24,000 nt of DNA from Kistimonas scapharcae (GTDB lineage: Bacteria > Pseudomonadota > Gammaproteobacteria > Pseudomonadales > Endozoicomonadaceae): contig NZ_BAABFL010000478.1 of assembly GCF_039540975.1 (NCBI RefSeq), forward strand, positions 34,789-58,788, given 5' to 3'. The position numbers and the translations under genes are program-made. Of this stretch, positions 1 through 8,790 are shown in pieces. Within the stretch, counting starts at the first letter, position 1; each line of letters starts with the position of its first letter. Below the pieces are notes generated by a model that saw nothing but the letters and a program-made list of their open reading frames with translations, did not search any database and was not told the DNA's origin.

Positions 1-501
1 CAGCGGGTCATGATTGCCATGGCATTGCTGTGCCAACCCAAACTCCTGATTGCCGATGAGCCGACAACCGCATTGGACGTCACGGTACAGGCACAGATCA
101 TGGCGCTGCTCAACGAGCTGAAGCAAGACTTCAATACGGCCATCATCATGATCACCCATGACCTGGGCGTGGTCGCAGGTATCTGTGACAAAGTACTGGT
201 CATGTATGCCGGCCGTACCATGGAGTATGGCTCCACCCGGGATATTTTCTATACCCCCGAGCACCCGTACACGATTGGTCTATTGGAATCCATTCCCCGC
301 ATTGACAGCAGCGATACCACACTACCTACCATCCCCGGCAACCCTCCTAACCTGCTCAGACTACCCGAAGGGTGTCCATTCCAGGATCGCTGCCCTCATG
401 TCATGACGGAATGCAGACAAACAACACCTGCACTGGTTACCCACGGCGAACGTCAAAAAGCCTGCTACTGGACCCATAATACGACGGAGGATGTCTTATG
501 A
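1..501 (+). CDS. Dpp/Opp-type peptide ABC transporter ATP-binding protein (DppD/OppD-like), 5'-truncated by window edge
   Basis: Frame 1 is open from base 1. [27 protein letters not shown] covers the region after the ABC signature plus Walker B. H-loop is ITHDLG. The C-terminal oligopeptide-ABC extension has Cys motif [14 protein letters not shown]. Stop overlaps the next start (ATGA at 498-501). Confidence 0.9.
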   Translation, partial: QRVMIAMALLCQPKLLIADEPTTALDVTVQAQIMALLNELKQDFNTAIIMITHDLGVVAGICDKVLVMYAGRTMEYGSTRDIFYTPEHPYTIGLLESIPRIDSSDTTLPTIPGNPPNLLRLPEGCPFQDRCPHVMTECRQTTPALVTHGERQKACYWTHNTTEDVL

Positions 502-1502
502 GCGCAAGACAGCCGATTCTGCAGGTTAAAAATGTTCGGGTTCATTTTCCTGTACCGAAGTCCCGCGACTGGCCGTGGGAACCCATGCCTATGCTGAAAG
601 CCGTTGATGGTGTCAGCTTTGATCTTTACGCCGGTGAAACACTGGGCATTGTGGGTGAATCCGGTTGTGGTAAATCCACCCTTGCGCGAGCACTGATTGG
701 CCTGGTGAAAACCCAGTCTGGCGAAATTCTCTGGCAAAACCAGAACCTGGTTGGCTGCGACGACAAAACGTTCAGAGCGGTTAGAAAAGATATCCAGATG
801 ATCTTTCAGGACCCACTGGCATCACTGAACCCCAGGATGACCATTGGCGACATCATCGCGGAACCCCTGCGCAACTATTACCCGAACATGCCCCGGGACG
901 AGATACGACAGCAGGTTCGTCAGATGATGGACCGTGTCGGACTGCTGCCCAATGTTATCAACCGTTATCCCCACGAATTTTCTGGTGGACAATGTCAACG
1001 GGTCGGCATCGCCCGGGCTCTGATTCTCAAACCGAAACTGGTCATCTGCGACGAACCAGTCAGCGCTTTGGATGTGTCGATACAGGCACAGGTAGTGAAT
1101 CTGCTGAAAGAACTGCAGGAAGCCATGGGGCTGTCACTGGTATTCATCGCCCATGACCTGAGCGTGGTAAAACATATCAGCGATCGTGTACTGGTCATGT
1201 ACCTTGGCAATGAAGCCGAGTTAGCTACCGAAGATGAACTTTACAGTAATCCAAGACATCCCTACACAAGGGCACTTCTCAGTGCAGTGCCACTGCCTGA
1301 TCCGGACAAGGAGAAAGGCAAACAGATTGAGCTGCTGGAAGGCGATTTACCGTCACCCATCTCTCCGCCGTCCGGCTGCGTGTTCCGAACTCGCTGCCCC
1401 ATTGCTTTGGCATCCTGCGCTGAAAGTAAACCCGATACCGTAATCCTCAACGATTCCCAACACAGAGTCGCTTGTTTACGGGCAGATTTCACTCCTTGTT
1501 AG
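498..1502 (+). CDS. Dpp/Opp-type peptide ABC transporter ATP-binding protein (DppF/OppF-like), 334 aa
   Basis: Walker [10 protein letters not shown], signature [15 protein letters not shown], Walker [14 protein letters not shown]-loop IAHDL, C-terminal HPYTRALL and GCVFRTRCP motifs typical of the family. 4-nt ATGA overlap with the upstream ATPase gene. Confidence 0.92.
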   Translation: MSARQPILQVKNVRVHFPVPKSRDWPWEPMPMLKAVDGVSFDLYAGETLGIVGESGCGKSTLARALIGLVKTQSGEILWQNQNLVGCDDKTFRAVRKDIQMIFQDPLASLNPRMTIGDIIAEPLRNYYPNMPRDEIRQQVRQMMDRVGLLPNVINRYPHEFSGGQCQRVGIARALILKPKLVICDEPVSALDVSIQAQVVNLLKELQEAMGLSLVFIAHDLSVVKHISDRVLVMYLGNEAELATEDELYSNPRHPYTRALLSAVPLPDPDKEKGKQIELLEGDLPSPISPPSGCVFRTRCPIALASCAESKPDTVILNDSQHRVACLRADFTPC

Positions 1503-1515
1503 GCCTTCATCACTA

Positions 1516-1544
1516 CCTGGTTCCTGTCGCCCACAGGAACCAGG
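1516..1544. terminator. Perfect 12-bp inverted repeat with 5-nt loop between convergent genes; probable transcription-stop or mRNA-stabilising hairpin without a U tract
   Basis: CCTGGTTCCTGT (1516-1527), loop CGCCC, ACAGGAACCAGG (1533-1544). Lies between the stop of the + strand ATPase gene (1502) and the stop of the - strand kinase gene (1557). No T-run on either side. Confidence 0.4.
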
Positions 1545-1556
1545 GCAGCACTGAGG

Positions 1557-4500
1557 CTATAAAACAATCGGAGCCTCAACATCTGCAGCAAAACGACGAG
1601 AAAGGTTTTCAAGTCGATCAAAACTGAACGTACGACATAAAAAACCTATCAGTCTGGCAAGCTGGCGGGTACCTTTATGAATCTGTAATTCACCGACCAC
1701 TTGCATCATCTGATTAATATCACCCAGCTCTGCAGCCTTGGACAATACATCAAAAAGGCTTATATCCAGTTTGTTCTCATGCGATGAACAGAAAGCATTG
1801 ATATTTTCAAAGCTTTTCATAATGCATGTTTCTACCAAACCGATAAATTGCTCCAGTGTAAACGGATTAACCAGATAACCATCAAAACCATCCCCTTGAA
1901 TATGTCGAGAGAAAGCGTCATCGGTTTCTGAAGACATGGCAATGAGCCATACCGTCTCGTTCTCTGGCATAGCCCTGATCGTTTTCAGTACATCCAGATT
2001 GCAGACTGACACAGCGTCAGCCAGTAACACCATATCAGGCAACTGTTTACGTATTTCAGAGAGGGCGGCATTAACGTTTGCTGCCTGGTATACGATCTCG
2101 CCAGTATGATCCAGACAGGTAAAAATAATCTCTTGATGGGTCTTGGAAGGATCAACAACCAACACTCTCAATGAATTGGCAGTCTTTCCTACAGCCAGGT
2201 CACCACTTTGATCGAGAATGGCCTGAGTAATAACACCAGGCGTTGCCATGCTTAAAGCTGTCAGCGGCAAGCTGAAATGAAAGGTGCTTCCACATCCCGG
2301 CTGACTACTCACACTGAGTTCCCCTCCTAAAGCGTTGACCAGCCAGCGGCTGATCGCCAGACCCAATCCGGTTCCTCCCGGATGACTGCAGGCATTAATT
2401 TGCAGAAAAGGTGCGAAGATATGCTGCTGGTCATCCTGGGCAATACCAATGCCACTGTCACTGACAGAAAACGAAACCTGTCGTTCATTAAGTGCCAATG
2501 TCAGCATGACATAACCACTTTCCGTAAACTTGATCGCATTGCCCAACAAATTGATGAGAATCTGTCGTAACTTGGTAGGGTCCGTCACAATCGAATCAGG
2601 TAAACCTTCATCCACAACAACTCTGAGATCCAGTCCTTTCGCGTCAGCACGCTGTCCGACGATACGCTTGACACTTTCAACCAATTTATGAAGCGTTACC
2701 GGCACCATACGCACCTTGATACCATTGGCCTCCATTTTTGACAAATCCAGAATGTCGTTAATCATGGTCAGCAGGTGCTGACCACTACTTTCTATGGCCA
2801 GTAAACTCTCGCGCTGCTGCTGTGTCAGGGGTGTTTTTTTCAAAAGGATCTGGGTATATCCCAGCACGCCGTTCAAAGGGGTACGCAACTCATGACTCAT
2901 GTTTGAGAGGAATACACTTTTGGCATGGTCCGCGACCTGCGCATCATCACGAGCCTGGCGTAACGCGGCTTCGGTTTTCTTTCGCTCGGTGCTATCCCTG
3001 ACAGCAATGGAAACCAGTCGTTCGTCATCAATATCCAGCCGATTACAGGTGATGTCTGCCGGGAATACCTCTCCCTGTCGTGTTTGCAGGATCGTTTCAA
3101 ATCCAGCAACAGGCTCATTGCTGACAATCCGATGAACCAGCTCCGCAATATTCTCGTCCTCTTCTGAGGTTCCCAATATCGCCAGAGAATGTCCCAGCAA
3201 CGTCTTGCGATCATACCCAAACAACTCTTCAGCCCGGGCATTGGCCATCGTGATATCACCGGCATTCGTGGCAATCACCATCGCATCCGGCGCTGACTCC
3301 AGCAAACTGCGAAAGCGCCGGGAATCACTGACAATATCAGTAATGTCATGAGCCATGCCTTCCATACCGGAGATACGGTTGCCCGGCTCAATCACCGGCA
3401 CACCGATGACCTCCATCGTGCGTAAGGTGCCATCCTTATGTGGCATATCCAGCTGCATGAAACGGTCCATCGCGCGGCCCAGCAGGACATCATTCATGAC
3501 GCACTTACCTTCAGCATCCAGCGCATACGCCTGAAACAGTTCCGCCTGACGCGACAGAAACTCCGGCGGCGTATATCCCAGGATCTCTGATATGGATGAG
3601 CTGACATACGTCATACGTCCCGTGTCATCAAAGACAAAATAGATATACTTGCCCCGTAACCGCTCGGCAATACGGCTGATGTTGCTGGCCCTCAGTTGAC
3701 GAAGGCTCTCTTCCCGGTCTTCCAGTCGTCTGGCCATCGTCGATAGGGTTCTGGCCAGGTGACCCGTTTCATCATCCGCATAACTGTCGGTATCCATCTG
3801 CCAGACACCATCACCCAAACGCCGAACGGCCTGGCGAAGACGCGTCAAAGGCCGGGTGATCGTGCCGGACACCTTGCAGATACAGCAACTGATGACAATC
3901 AATGACAGAATCATCAAGACGGCACTCACAATTGCATAACGTATATGCTCAGCAAGTGCAGCCGTTTCCCGTATCTTGACCACCAGCGCCCAGTCAGATG
4001 CCGGTACAGGACTGGAGAAATACCAGACTCGCCAGCTCTTATATCTGTCCGTCGTGTGCGCCTCCTGGCCATCGCGCAAAGGGCCGCTAATCAGTGTCTC
4101 AAGCGCTGACGCGCCGAGCCTTCGTGCTGAATCCAGAAATGTTCGATCAACGATCGTAGAACGAATATCGGAATGAATGAAATTTGCCTGCCGGTCAACA
4201 AGGACAAATTTCAGCTTTCTGGGATTATCCTCTTTTAATAAATTGATCAGATCAGACACCCTCACCAGCAGGCCTATTCCTTCTCCCTGTTCCAGCGGTT
4301 GATGGTGGAATATGACCTTTTGGGTAGAAAACAAGATGTCTATCGGCTGACTCCAGCTGCTATAAGGGTGCGTATCCGGAAACTGCCATGTATCGCTTAT
4401 CCGGTTGGTCACGAGCTGATTATCGACCAGCTGGTAAAGCAACGGTTCATCATGACTATCCGGATCATCCATCACGATCCCGTATATCAATGGGTTTTCT

Positions 4501-4781
4501 GCCAGTATCTCCTTAACAATCGGCAACACCCCATATTTGGCGCCGGGTAAGGTGGCATACCGTAAATAGCGATTCAGGGATACGCCCTGCAACTGAATCT
4601 GACGCAACTGTGTATCAATCAATTCTGCGTAGCGTCGGGTTTCATCGATCAGGATCTCTTCCACATCCTGGCGGGAAAGAATGAAGGTGTGGTAGATGTG
4701 AAGGCCGCTAATCAATCCATAGAGCAGGGTAATCGGGACAATGGTAAACAGAATGATCTTATTCCGGATCGACGACCACAT
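1557..4781 (-). CDS. Hybrid sensor histidine kinase (TM - periplasmic sensor - TM - HAMP - 2x PAS - HisKA - HATPase_c - atypical receiver - C-terminal helical tail), 1074 aa
   Basis: - Two hydrophobic segments (aa ~8-32 and ~283-303) bracket a ~250-aa extracytoplasmic region.
- H-box is SNMSHELRTPLNG (His630).
- N-box is LINLLGNAIKFT; G-boxes are DSGIGI and GGTGLGLAI.
- PAS-like blocks sit at aa ~370-480 and ~490-600.
- Receiver-like region is aa ~871-985 (LRVLVVDPSK ... PDMVLLAD ... LIAMSS ... GYLVNPF). Confidence 0.9.
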   Translation of the reverse strand: MWSSIRNKIILFTIVPITLLYGLISGLHIYHTFILSRQDVEEILIDETRRYAELIDTQLRQIQLQGVSLNRYLRYATLPGAKYGVLPIVKEILAENPLIYGIVMDDPDSHDEPLLYQLVDNQLVTNRISDTWQFPDTHPYSSWSQPIDILFSTQKVIFHHQPLEQGEGIGLLVRVSDLINLLKEDNPRKLKFVLVDRQANFIHSDIRSTIVDRTFLDSARRLGASALETLISGPLRDGQEAHTTDRYKSWRVWYFSSPVPASDWALVVKIRETAALAEHIRYAIVSAVLMILSLIVISCCICKVSGTITRPLTRLRQAVRRLGDGVWQMDTDSYADDETGHLARTLSTMARRLEDREESLRQLRASNISRIAERLRGKYIYFVFDDTGRMTYVSSSISEILGYTPPEFLSRQAELFQAYALDAEGKCVMNDVLLGRAMDRFMQLDMPHKDGTLRTMEVIGVPVIEPGNRISGMEGMAHDITDIVSDSRRFRSLLESAPDAMVIATNAGDITMANARAEELFGYDRKTLLGHSLAILGTSEEDENIAELVHRIVSNEPVAGFETILQTRQGEVFPADITCNRLDIDDERLVSIAVRDSTERKKTEAALRQARDDAQVADHAKSVFLSNMSHELRTPLNGVLGYTQILLKKTPLTQQQRESLLAIESSGQHLLTMINDILDLSKMEANGIKVRMVPVTLHKLVESVKRIVGQRADAKGLDLRVVVDEGLPDSIVTDPTKLRQILINLLGNAIKFTESGYVMLTLALNERQVSFSVSDSGIGIAQDDQQHIFAPFLQINACSHPGGTGLGLAISRWLVNALGGELSVSSQPGCGSTFHFSLPLTALSMATPGVITQAILDQSGDLAVGKTANSLRVLVVDPSKTHQEIIFTCLDHTGEIVYQAANVNAALSEIRKQLPDMVLLADAVSVCNLDVLKTIRAMPENETVWLIAMSSETDDAFSRHIQGDGFDGYLVNPFTLEQFIGLVETCIMKSFENINAFCSSHENKLDISLFDVLSKAAELGDINQMMQVVGELQIHKGTRQLARLIGFLCRTFSFDRLENLSRRFAADVEAPIVL

Positions 4782-4810
4782 AGATTAAGGAATCCATACG
4801 CCTTGTCAGT

Positions 4811-4834
4811 GCTGACTGATGAAATTCAGTCAGC
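4811..4834. repeat. 9-bp perfect inverted repeat (hairpin) downstream of the acyl-CoA synthetase gene and upstream of the kinase gene
   Basis: GCTGACTGA (4811-4819), loop TGAAAT, TCAGTCAGC (4826-4834). No adjacent T tract, so the role (terminator versus operator) is undecided. Confidence 0.3.
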
Positions 4835-4919
4835 CTAGTCGATGCCGGTCACTCGCGCCAAACAGGAGACTGCACAGGCCGTTGCCGGGTGACCAGCCTC
4901 GCCCTGTACAGTTATCCGT

Positions 4920-6542
4920 TTATCGGGTTGTGACGAACTGCTCTCTCAATGCCAGCTTTTTCACTTTACCCGTGGCGGTATGGGGTAATTCATGAACGAA
5001 GATGACATCATCCGGTATCCACCATTGCGCCACCTTGCCTTCATACCACGACAGCAGACTTGTCTTGTCGAGAGTTTCACCTGCTTGTTTCACCACGACC
5101 AACAAGGGGCGTTCATTCCACTTTTCATGGGGCACGGCGATAACCGCGGCTTCAGCCACCGCGGGGTGACTCATGGCCAGGTTTTCCAGTTCGATGGAGC
5201 TGATCCATTCACCACCTGATTTGATGACATCCTTACTCCGGTCGGTAATGTGCAAATAACCTTCATCATCTATGGCAGCCACATCTCCGGTGGCAAACCA
5301 GCCCTCTTTATCGTGGGTATTGCTGACTTCGCTTTCCCGCTGATAATAAGCACTGCAAACACCCGGACCGCGGACATAGAGATCCCCGACGGCAACGCCA
5401 TCATGCGGCAAACGCTCACCGGTATCGTTGACGATTTTCATCGCTACCCCAAAGATGGCACGCCCCTGTGACAGACGTAATGCGTCTTTGGTGTCCTGCG
5501 CAATATCGGACAGACTGGCTTTGAGATTATTCAGGGTACCAATGGGACTCATCTCCGTCATTCCCCAGGCATGATGGGTATCCACACCGTATTCACGCAA
5601 TCTATCCATAATGCTTTGCGGGCAGGCTGCGCCACCGACGATGACCCGGCTCAGGCTTTCCAGACCCTTGCCACTCTCTTTGAGGAAATTCAGTAACGCC
5701 AGCCAGACAGTCGGAACCCCAAGGGCAAGGGAAACCTGTTCCTGTGAAATTAACTGATGCAATGACGCACCGTCGCCCATCTTAGGCCCGGGCAATACCA
5801 GCCTTGCGCCTGCCAGAGGCGCCGTATACGGCAAGCCCCAGGCATTGACATGAAACATCGGCACTACGGGCATCACCACATCACGATCAGACAATCCCAC
5901 CACCGAGGGCATCACCGCGGTGATGGCGTGAATCACGGTAGAACGATGACTGTAGAGCACACCTTTGGGGTGACCTGTCGTGCCCGATGTATAGCAGAGT
6001 GAACTGGCCGTCTGTTCATCCAGTACCGGCCATTCGTACTCATCGGTCTCATCACTGATCAGGGCTTCATAACTGATGGCATTTTTCAGTGAAGTGTCTG
6101 GCATCTGCGCCTGATCGGTCAGAATGACAAAACCTTCCACACTGGGAAGCTCTGTCTGTAACCCTTCCAGCAGTGGAATAAACAGCGGATCGGTAAAGAC
6201 CCAACGGTCTTCTGCATGATTGATGATATAAGCCAGTTGATCCGTAAAGAGCCGGGGATTAATGGTATGTAAAACGGCCCCAGAACAGGAGACACCGTAA
6301 TAGAGCTCAAAATGGCGGAAGTCGTTCCACGCCAGTGTGGCTATCCGGTCCCCTTGTTGCATGCCCAGACGATCAAGGGCATTGGCCAACTTGCGGGCCC
6401 TGCGAAACGCATCACGATAGGTATAGCGGTGCTCAGGATGGTCATGGGTAACCGACACCACTTCCGACTCCGGAAACGCCTGTTCGGCATACTTCATGAT
6501 CATGCTGATCAATAATGGCTGGTCCATCATCAGGCCATGCAT
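4920..6542 (-). CDS. AMP-dependent acyl-CoA synthetase / fatty-acid--CoA ligase, 540 aa
   Basis: AMP-binding motif YTSGTTGHPKGV, GWFATGD and TATGKVKK motifs of the adenylate-forming (ANL) superfamily. N-terminus MHGLMMDQPLLIS resembles long/medium-chain fatty-acid CoA ligases. AGGAG lies 7 nt upstream of the ATG on the minus strand. Confidence 0.88.
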   Translation of the reverse strand: MHGLMMDQPLLISMIMKYAEQAFPESEVVSVTHDHPEHRYTYRDAFRRARKLANALDRLGMQQGDRIATLAWNDFRHFELYYGVSCSGAVLHTINPRLFTDQLAYIINHAEDRWVFTDPLFIPLLEGLQTELPSVEGFVILTDQAQMPDTSLKNAISYEALISDETDEYEWPVLDEQTASSLCYTSGTTGHPKGVLYSHRSTVIHAITAVMPSVVGLSDRDVVMPVVPMFHVNAWGLPYTAPLAGARLVLPGPKMGDGASLHQLISQEQVSLALGVPTVWLALLNFLKESGKGLESLSRVIVGGAACPQSIMDRLREYGVDTHHAWGMTEMSPIGTLNNLKASLSDIAQDTKDALRLSQGRAIFGVAMKIVNDTGERLPHDGVAVGDLYVRGPGVCSAYYQRESEVSNTHDKEGWFATGDVAAIDDEGYLHITDRSKDVIKSGGEWISSIELENLAMSHPAVAEAAVIAVPHEKWNERPLLVVVKQAGETLDKTSLLSWYEGKVAQWWIPDDVIFVHELPHTATGKVKKLALREQFVTTR

Positions 6543-6667
6543 ACCCGTACTCCTGTTTTATTTTTCTTTTTCGTGAAAAACCAGTGTAACGGGCAGCCGC
6601 GCCAGTAGACAAATCACATCCAGTGATGAAAAGAGAACCTGTGTATAAGCCGGAAAGATGAATAAGC

Positions 6668-6691
6668 AAACCGGCCACTATGGCCGGTTTT
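6668..6691 (-). terminator. Rho-independent-type hairpin downstream of the FNT channel gene
   Basis: AAACCGGCCA (6668-6677), loop CTA, TGGCCGGTTT (6681-6690). GC-rich core flanked by A/T runs. Sits 30 nt past the stop at 6720. Confidence 0.5.
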
Positions 6692-6719
6692 CAAACAGCA
6701 TCAACGCAACGTATCAGGC

Positions 6720-7583
6720 TCAGTGTTTTCTGAGGAATACAAACCAGTTGCTCAAACCGACCAGGATACCGCCGCCAATAATGTTGCCGATGGTGGCAGG
6801 AATGATGTTGTTGAAGATCATATTGTGCAGTGTGATATGCGGGAAATCCGCTGGTGTCATGCCAATACCCTGCCAGAAAGCGGCATCGCCCAGGTTGTGC
6901 ACCATCCAACCCATCGGCAGCAGATACATGTTGGCGATGGAGTGCTCGAAACCTGCGGCAATAAACGCGGCAACGGGCAAGATCATGGCCAGCATCTTGC
7001 CACTGGCGCTACGGGCGCTGTAGCTCATCCAGACACTCAGGCAGACCATGATGTTACACATAATGCCCAGCACCAGTGCCTGACCAAAACTGTGTCCCAT
7101 CTTGGCATCGGCAATGTACATGGCAGACGCACCGACCTGGCCATGGGCGCCCAGCCACTGGCCGGTATAAATAATCATCGACACCATAACGATGGAGCCG
7201 ACGAAGTTACCCAGGTAAACCACGCACCAGTTGCGGACCATGGCAGAAAACGGCACGCGGCCAGATGCACAGGGAATGGAGATCATGGTGCTGCTGGTAA
7301 ACAGCTCAGCGCCACACATGACCACCAGCATCAAACCCATGCTGAATGAGATGCCGCCAATCAGCTTTGAGATACCGTAAGGCAATGCATTCGGGCCATG
7401 GGAACCGGTGGAGACGATGGTGTAAAACATACCGGCCAGGGAGATAAAGACACCGGCCATGATCGCCAAAACGAAGGTCTTGTATAACGCTTTCTCAGCC
7501 TTACCAATCGCGACGTTTTGCGCCAGCTCGGCCATAGCGAGAGGCGAACGCGCCTCAAAGTAAGAGGGTTCGATGCTGTTCAT
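6720..7583 (-). CDS. Formate/nitrite transporter (FNT) family channel (FocA/NirC-like), 287 aa
   Basis: Six predicted hydrophobic helices. FNT signature blocks are GAELFTSS and FEHSIANMY (central His). The size is typical of FocA/NirC. Substrate cannot be assigned from sequence alone. Confidence 0.88.
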   Translation of the reverse strand: MNSIEPSYFEARSPLAMAELAQNVAIGKAEKALYKTFVLAIMAGVFISLAGMFYTIVSTGSHGPNALPYGISKLIGGISFSMGLMLVVMCGAELFTSSTMISIPCASGRVPFSAMVRNWCVVYLGNFVGSIVMVSMIIYTGQWLGAHGQVGASAMYIADAKMGHSFGQALVLGIMCNIMVCLSVWMSYSARSASGKMLAMILPVAAFIAAGFEHSIANMYLLPMGWMVHNLGDAAFWQGIGMTPADFPHITLHNMIFNNIIPATIGNIIGGGILVGLSNWFVFLRKH

Positions 7584-7621
7584 AAAAATATGGGGAATTC
7601 AGAAGACAAAAGAGAGTTTAA

Positions 7622-7663
7622 AGTTTAAAAAAACCTTGAACGCAGACTGTTGACTTATATCAA
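7622..7663 (-). promoter_or_regulatory. FNR/Anr-type box (TTGAC-N4-ATCAA) plus -10-like hexamer in class II spacing upstream of the FNT gene
   Basis: TTGACTTATATCAA at 7650-7663 matches 9/10 of TTGAT-N4-ATCAA. Minus-strand TAAACT lies at 7627-7622. Box centre to hexamer centre is 32 nt, as expected for a site at -41.5. The ATG is at 7583. Confidence 0.55.
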
Positions 7664-7733
7664 TCCCCAGCCAATCGACTGTCAGCAATAACCCGTAACG
7701 GGAAACCGAATAAACCTGCTTGATACCAAACAA

Positions 7734-7753
7734 AAAAGGGCCGAAGCCCTTTT
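7734..7753 (-). terminator. Rho-independent terminator of ssb
   Basis: AAAAGGGC (7734-7741), loop CGAA, GCCCTTTT (7746-7753). On the minus strand the stem is followed by a T-run. It lies 30 nt downstream of the ssb stop (7783). Confidence 0.75.
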
Positions 7754-7782
7754 CTTATGTGGTTATTTAAAACCCAGATTTT

Positions 7783-8325
7783 TTAGAACGGAATATCATC
7801 ATCAAAATCATCAAAGCCGCCGGCCGGTGCTGACTGTGGCTGCGCCTGGGGAGCCTGTTGCGGCGCCTGCTGCTGAGGCTGGCCACTAAACCCGCCCTGC
7901 TGCTGTTGAGGCTGCTGGTAAGACTGCTGCTGACGAGGCGCACTCTGCTGCTGGTAGTCACCACCGCCCATGCCGTCCTGACGGCCGTCCAGCATCTGTA
8001 GCTGACCATTGATATCCACCACGATCTCAGTCGTGTAACGGTCCTGTCCCTGCTGATCCTGCCACTTGCGGGTCTGCAGCTTGCCTTCGATATACACTTT
8101 GGAGCCTTTGCGCAGGAACTGTCCTGCAATCTCCGCCAGCTTGCCAAATACCACGATCCGGTGCCACTCGGTCCGCTCGACCGGCTGGCCGGTCTGGCGA
8201 TCCTTCCAGGATTCACTGGTCGCCAGACTCAGGTTGCAGACCGCACTGCCATTGGGCGTGTAGCGGACTTCCGGATCGCCACCGAGATTGCCTATCAGGA
8301 TAACCTTGTTAACACCACGAGCCAT
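7783..8325 (-). CDS. ssb: Single-stranded DNA-binding protein SSB, 180 aa
   Basis: - [40 protein letters not shown] is the canonical OB-fold N-terminus.
- The linker is Gln/Pro/Gly-rich and disordered.
- The acidic tip is DDFDDDIPF.
- I place the start at the ATG at 8325 (MARGVNK), not the upstream in-frame ATG at 8352 used by the ORF track. Confidence 0.95.
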   Translation of the reverse strand: MARGVNKVILIGNLGGDPEVRYTPNGSAVCNLSLATSESWKDRQTGQPVERTEWHRIVVFGKLAEIAGQFLRKGSKVYIEGKLQTRKWQDQQGQDRYTTEIVVDINGQLQMLDGRQDGMGGGDYQQQSAPRQQQSYQQPQQQQGGFSGQPQQQAPQQAPQAQPQSAPAGGFDDFDDDIPF

Positions 8326-8790
8326 GTAACTCTCCCACCATTCAAGAATCAATAACCAGTTCTCTGGGCCAGACCATTCACTTCAGTCTACCCCGGATCG
8401 TCAAAACGCCGACACCTCGTACCTGACCTGCCACAGCCCGTGAACCCATGCCATCGTCCGCCCAGAGTCATAGGGTAACTGTTTATTATCCCAAACTCAG
8501 CGCATTTTCCAATTGGGAAATCATAGTATTACCCGTTTAGCCCTACTTATCTGACCCATTCTCCCGATACGGGTTCACCGCCCCGTCCTATGAAAAAATA
8601 AATATTTTTAAAAACAATGAGTTACCAGAAAAACAACGGACAAACCCTATAACCTTTTGATTTTATTGAACATTTTACATTTCCCGACATCCCTCAAGCG
8701 CTCCCGCACGTTAAATACGCCTAAACTCAACATATTAGGGGCAGTTTCTCATGGCATAGGCCATAAACACCATCAGAAGCCAGTACCAGC

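Noticed and set aside
7840-7970. CTG/CAG-rich trinucleotide-like repeats inside ssb, and a 149-aa alternative-frame ORF (7767-8216)
   Set aside because: The repeats simply encode the Gln/Pro-rich intrinsically disordered linker that is normal for SSB. The alternative-frame ORF is a by-product of that low-complexity stretch.
7783-8352. N-terminal extensions in the ORF track: ssb from 8352 (MILEWWESY...), permease from 12276, binding protein from 15986
   Set aside because: - The canonical SSB N-terminus begins at MARGVNK (8325).
- The permease extension is Pro/Arg-rich and would overlap the upstream gene by 71 nt.
- The lipoprotein has a GGAG correctly spaced for the ATG at 15962.

The shorter starts are therefore preferred.
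8731-8790. Sigma54 promoter upstream of the pilin gene (TGGCAT at 8752-8757)
   Set aside because: A GG dinucleotide is present, but no GC lies at the required +12 offset (TGGCAC-N5-TTGCW). None of the nearby GG positions satisfies the spacing.
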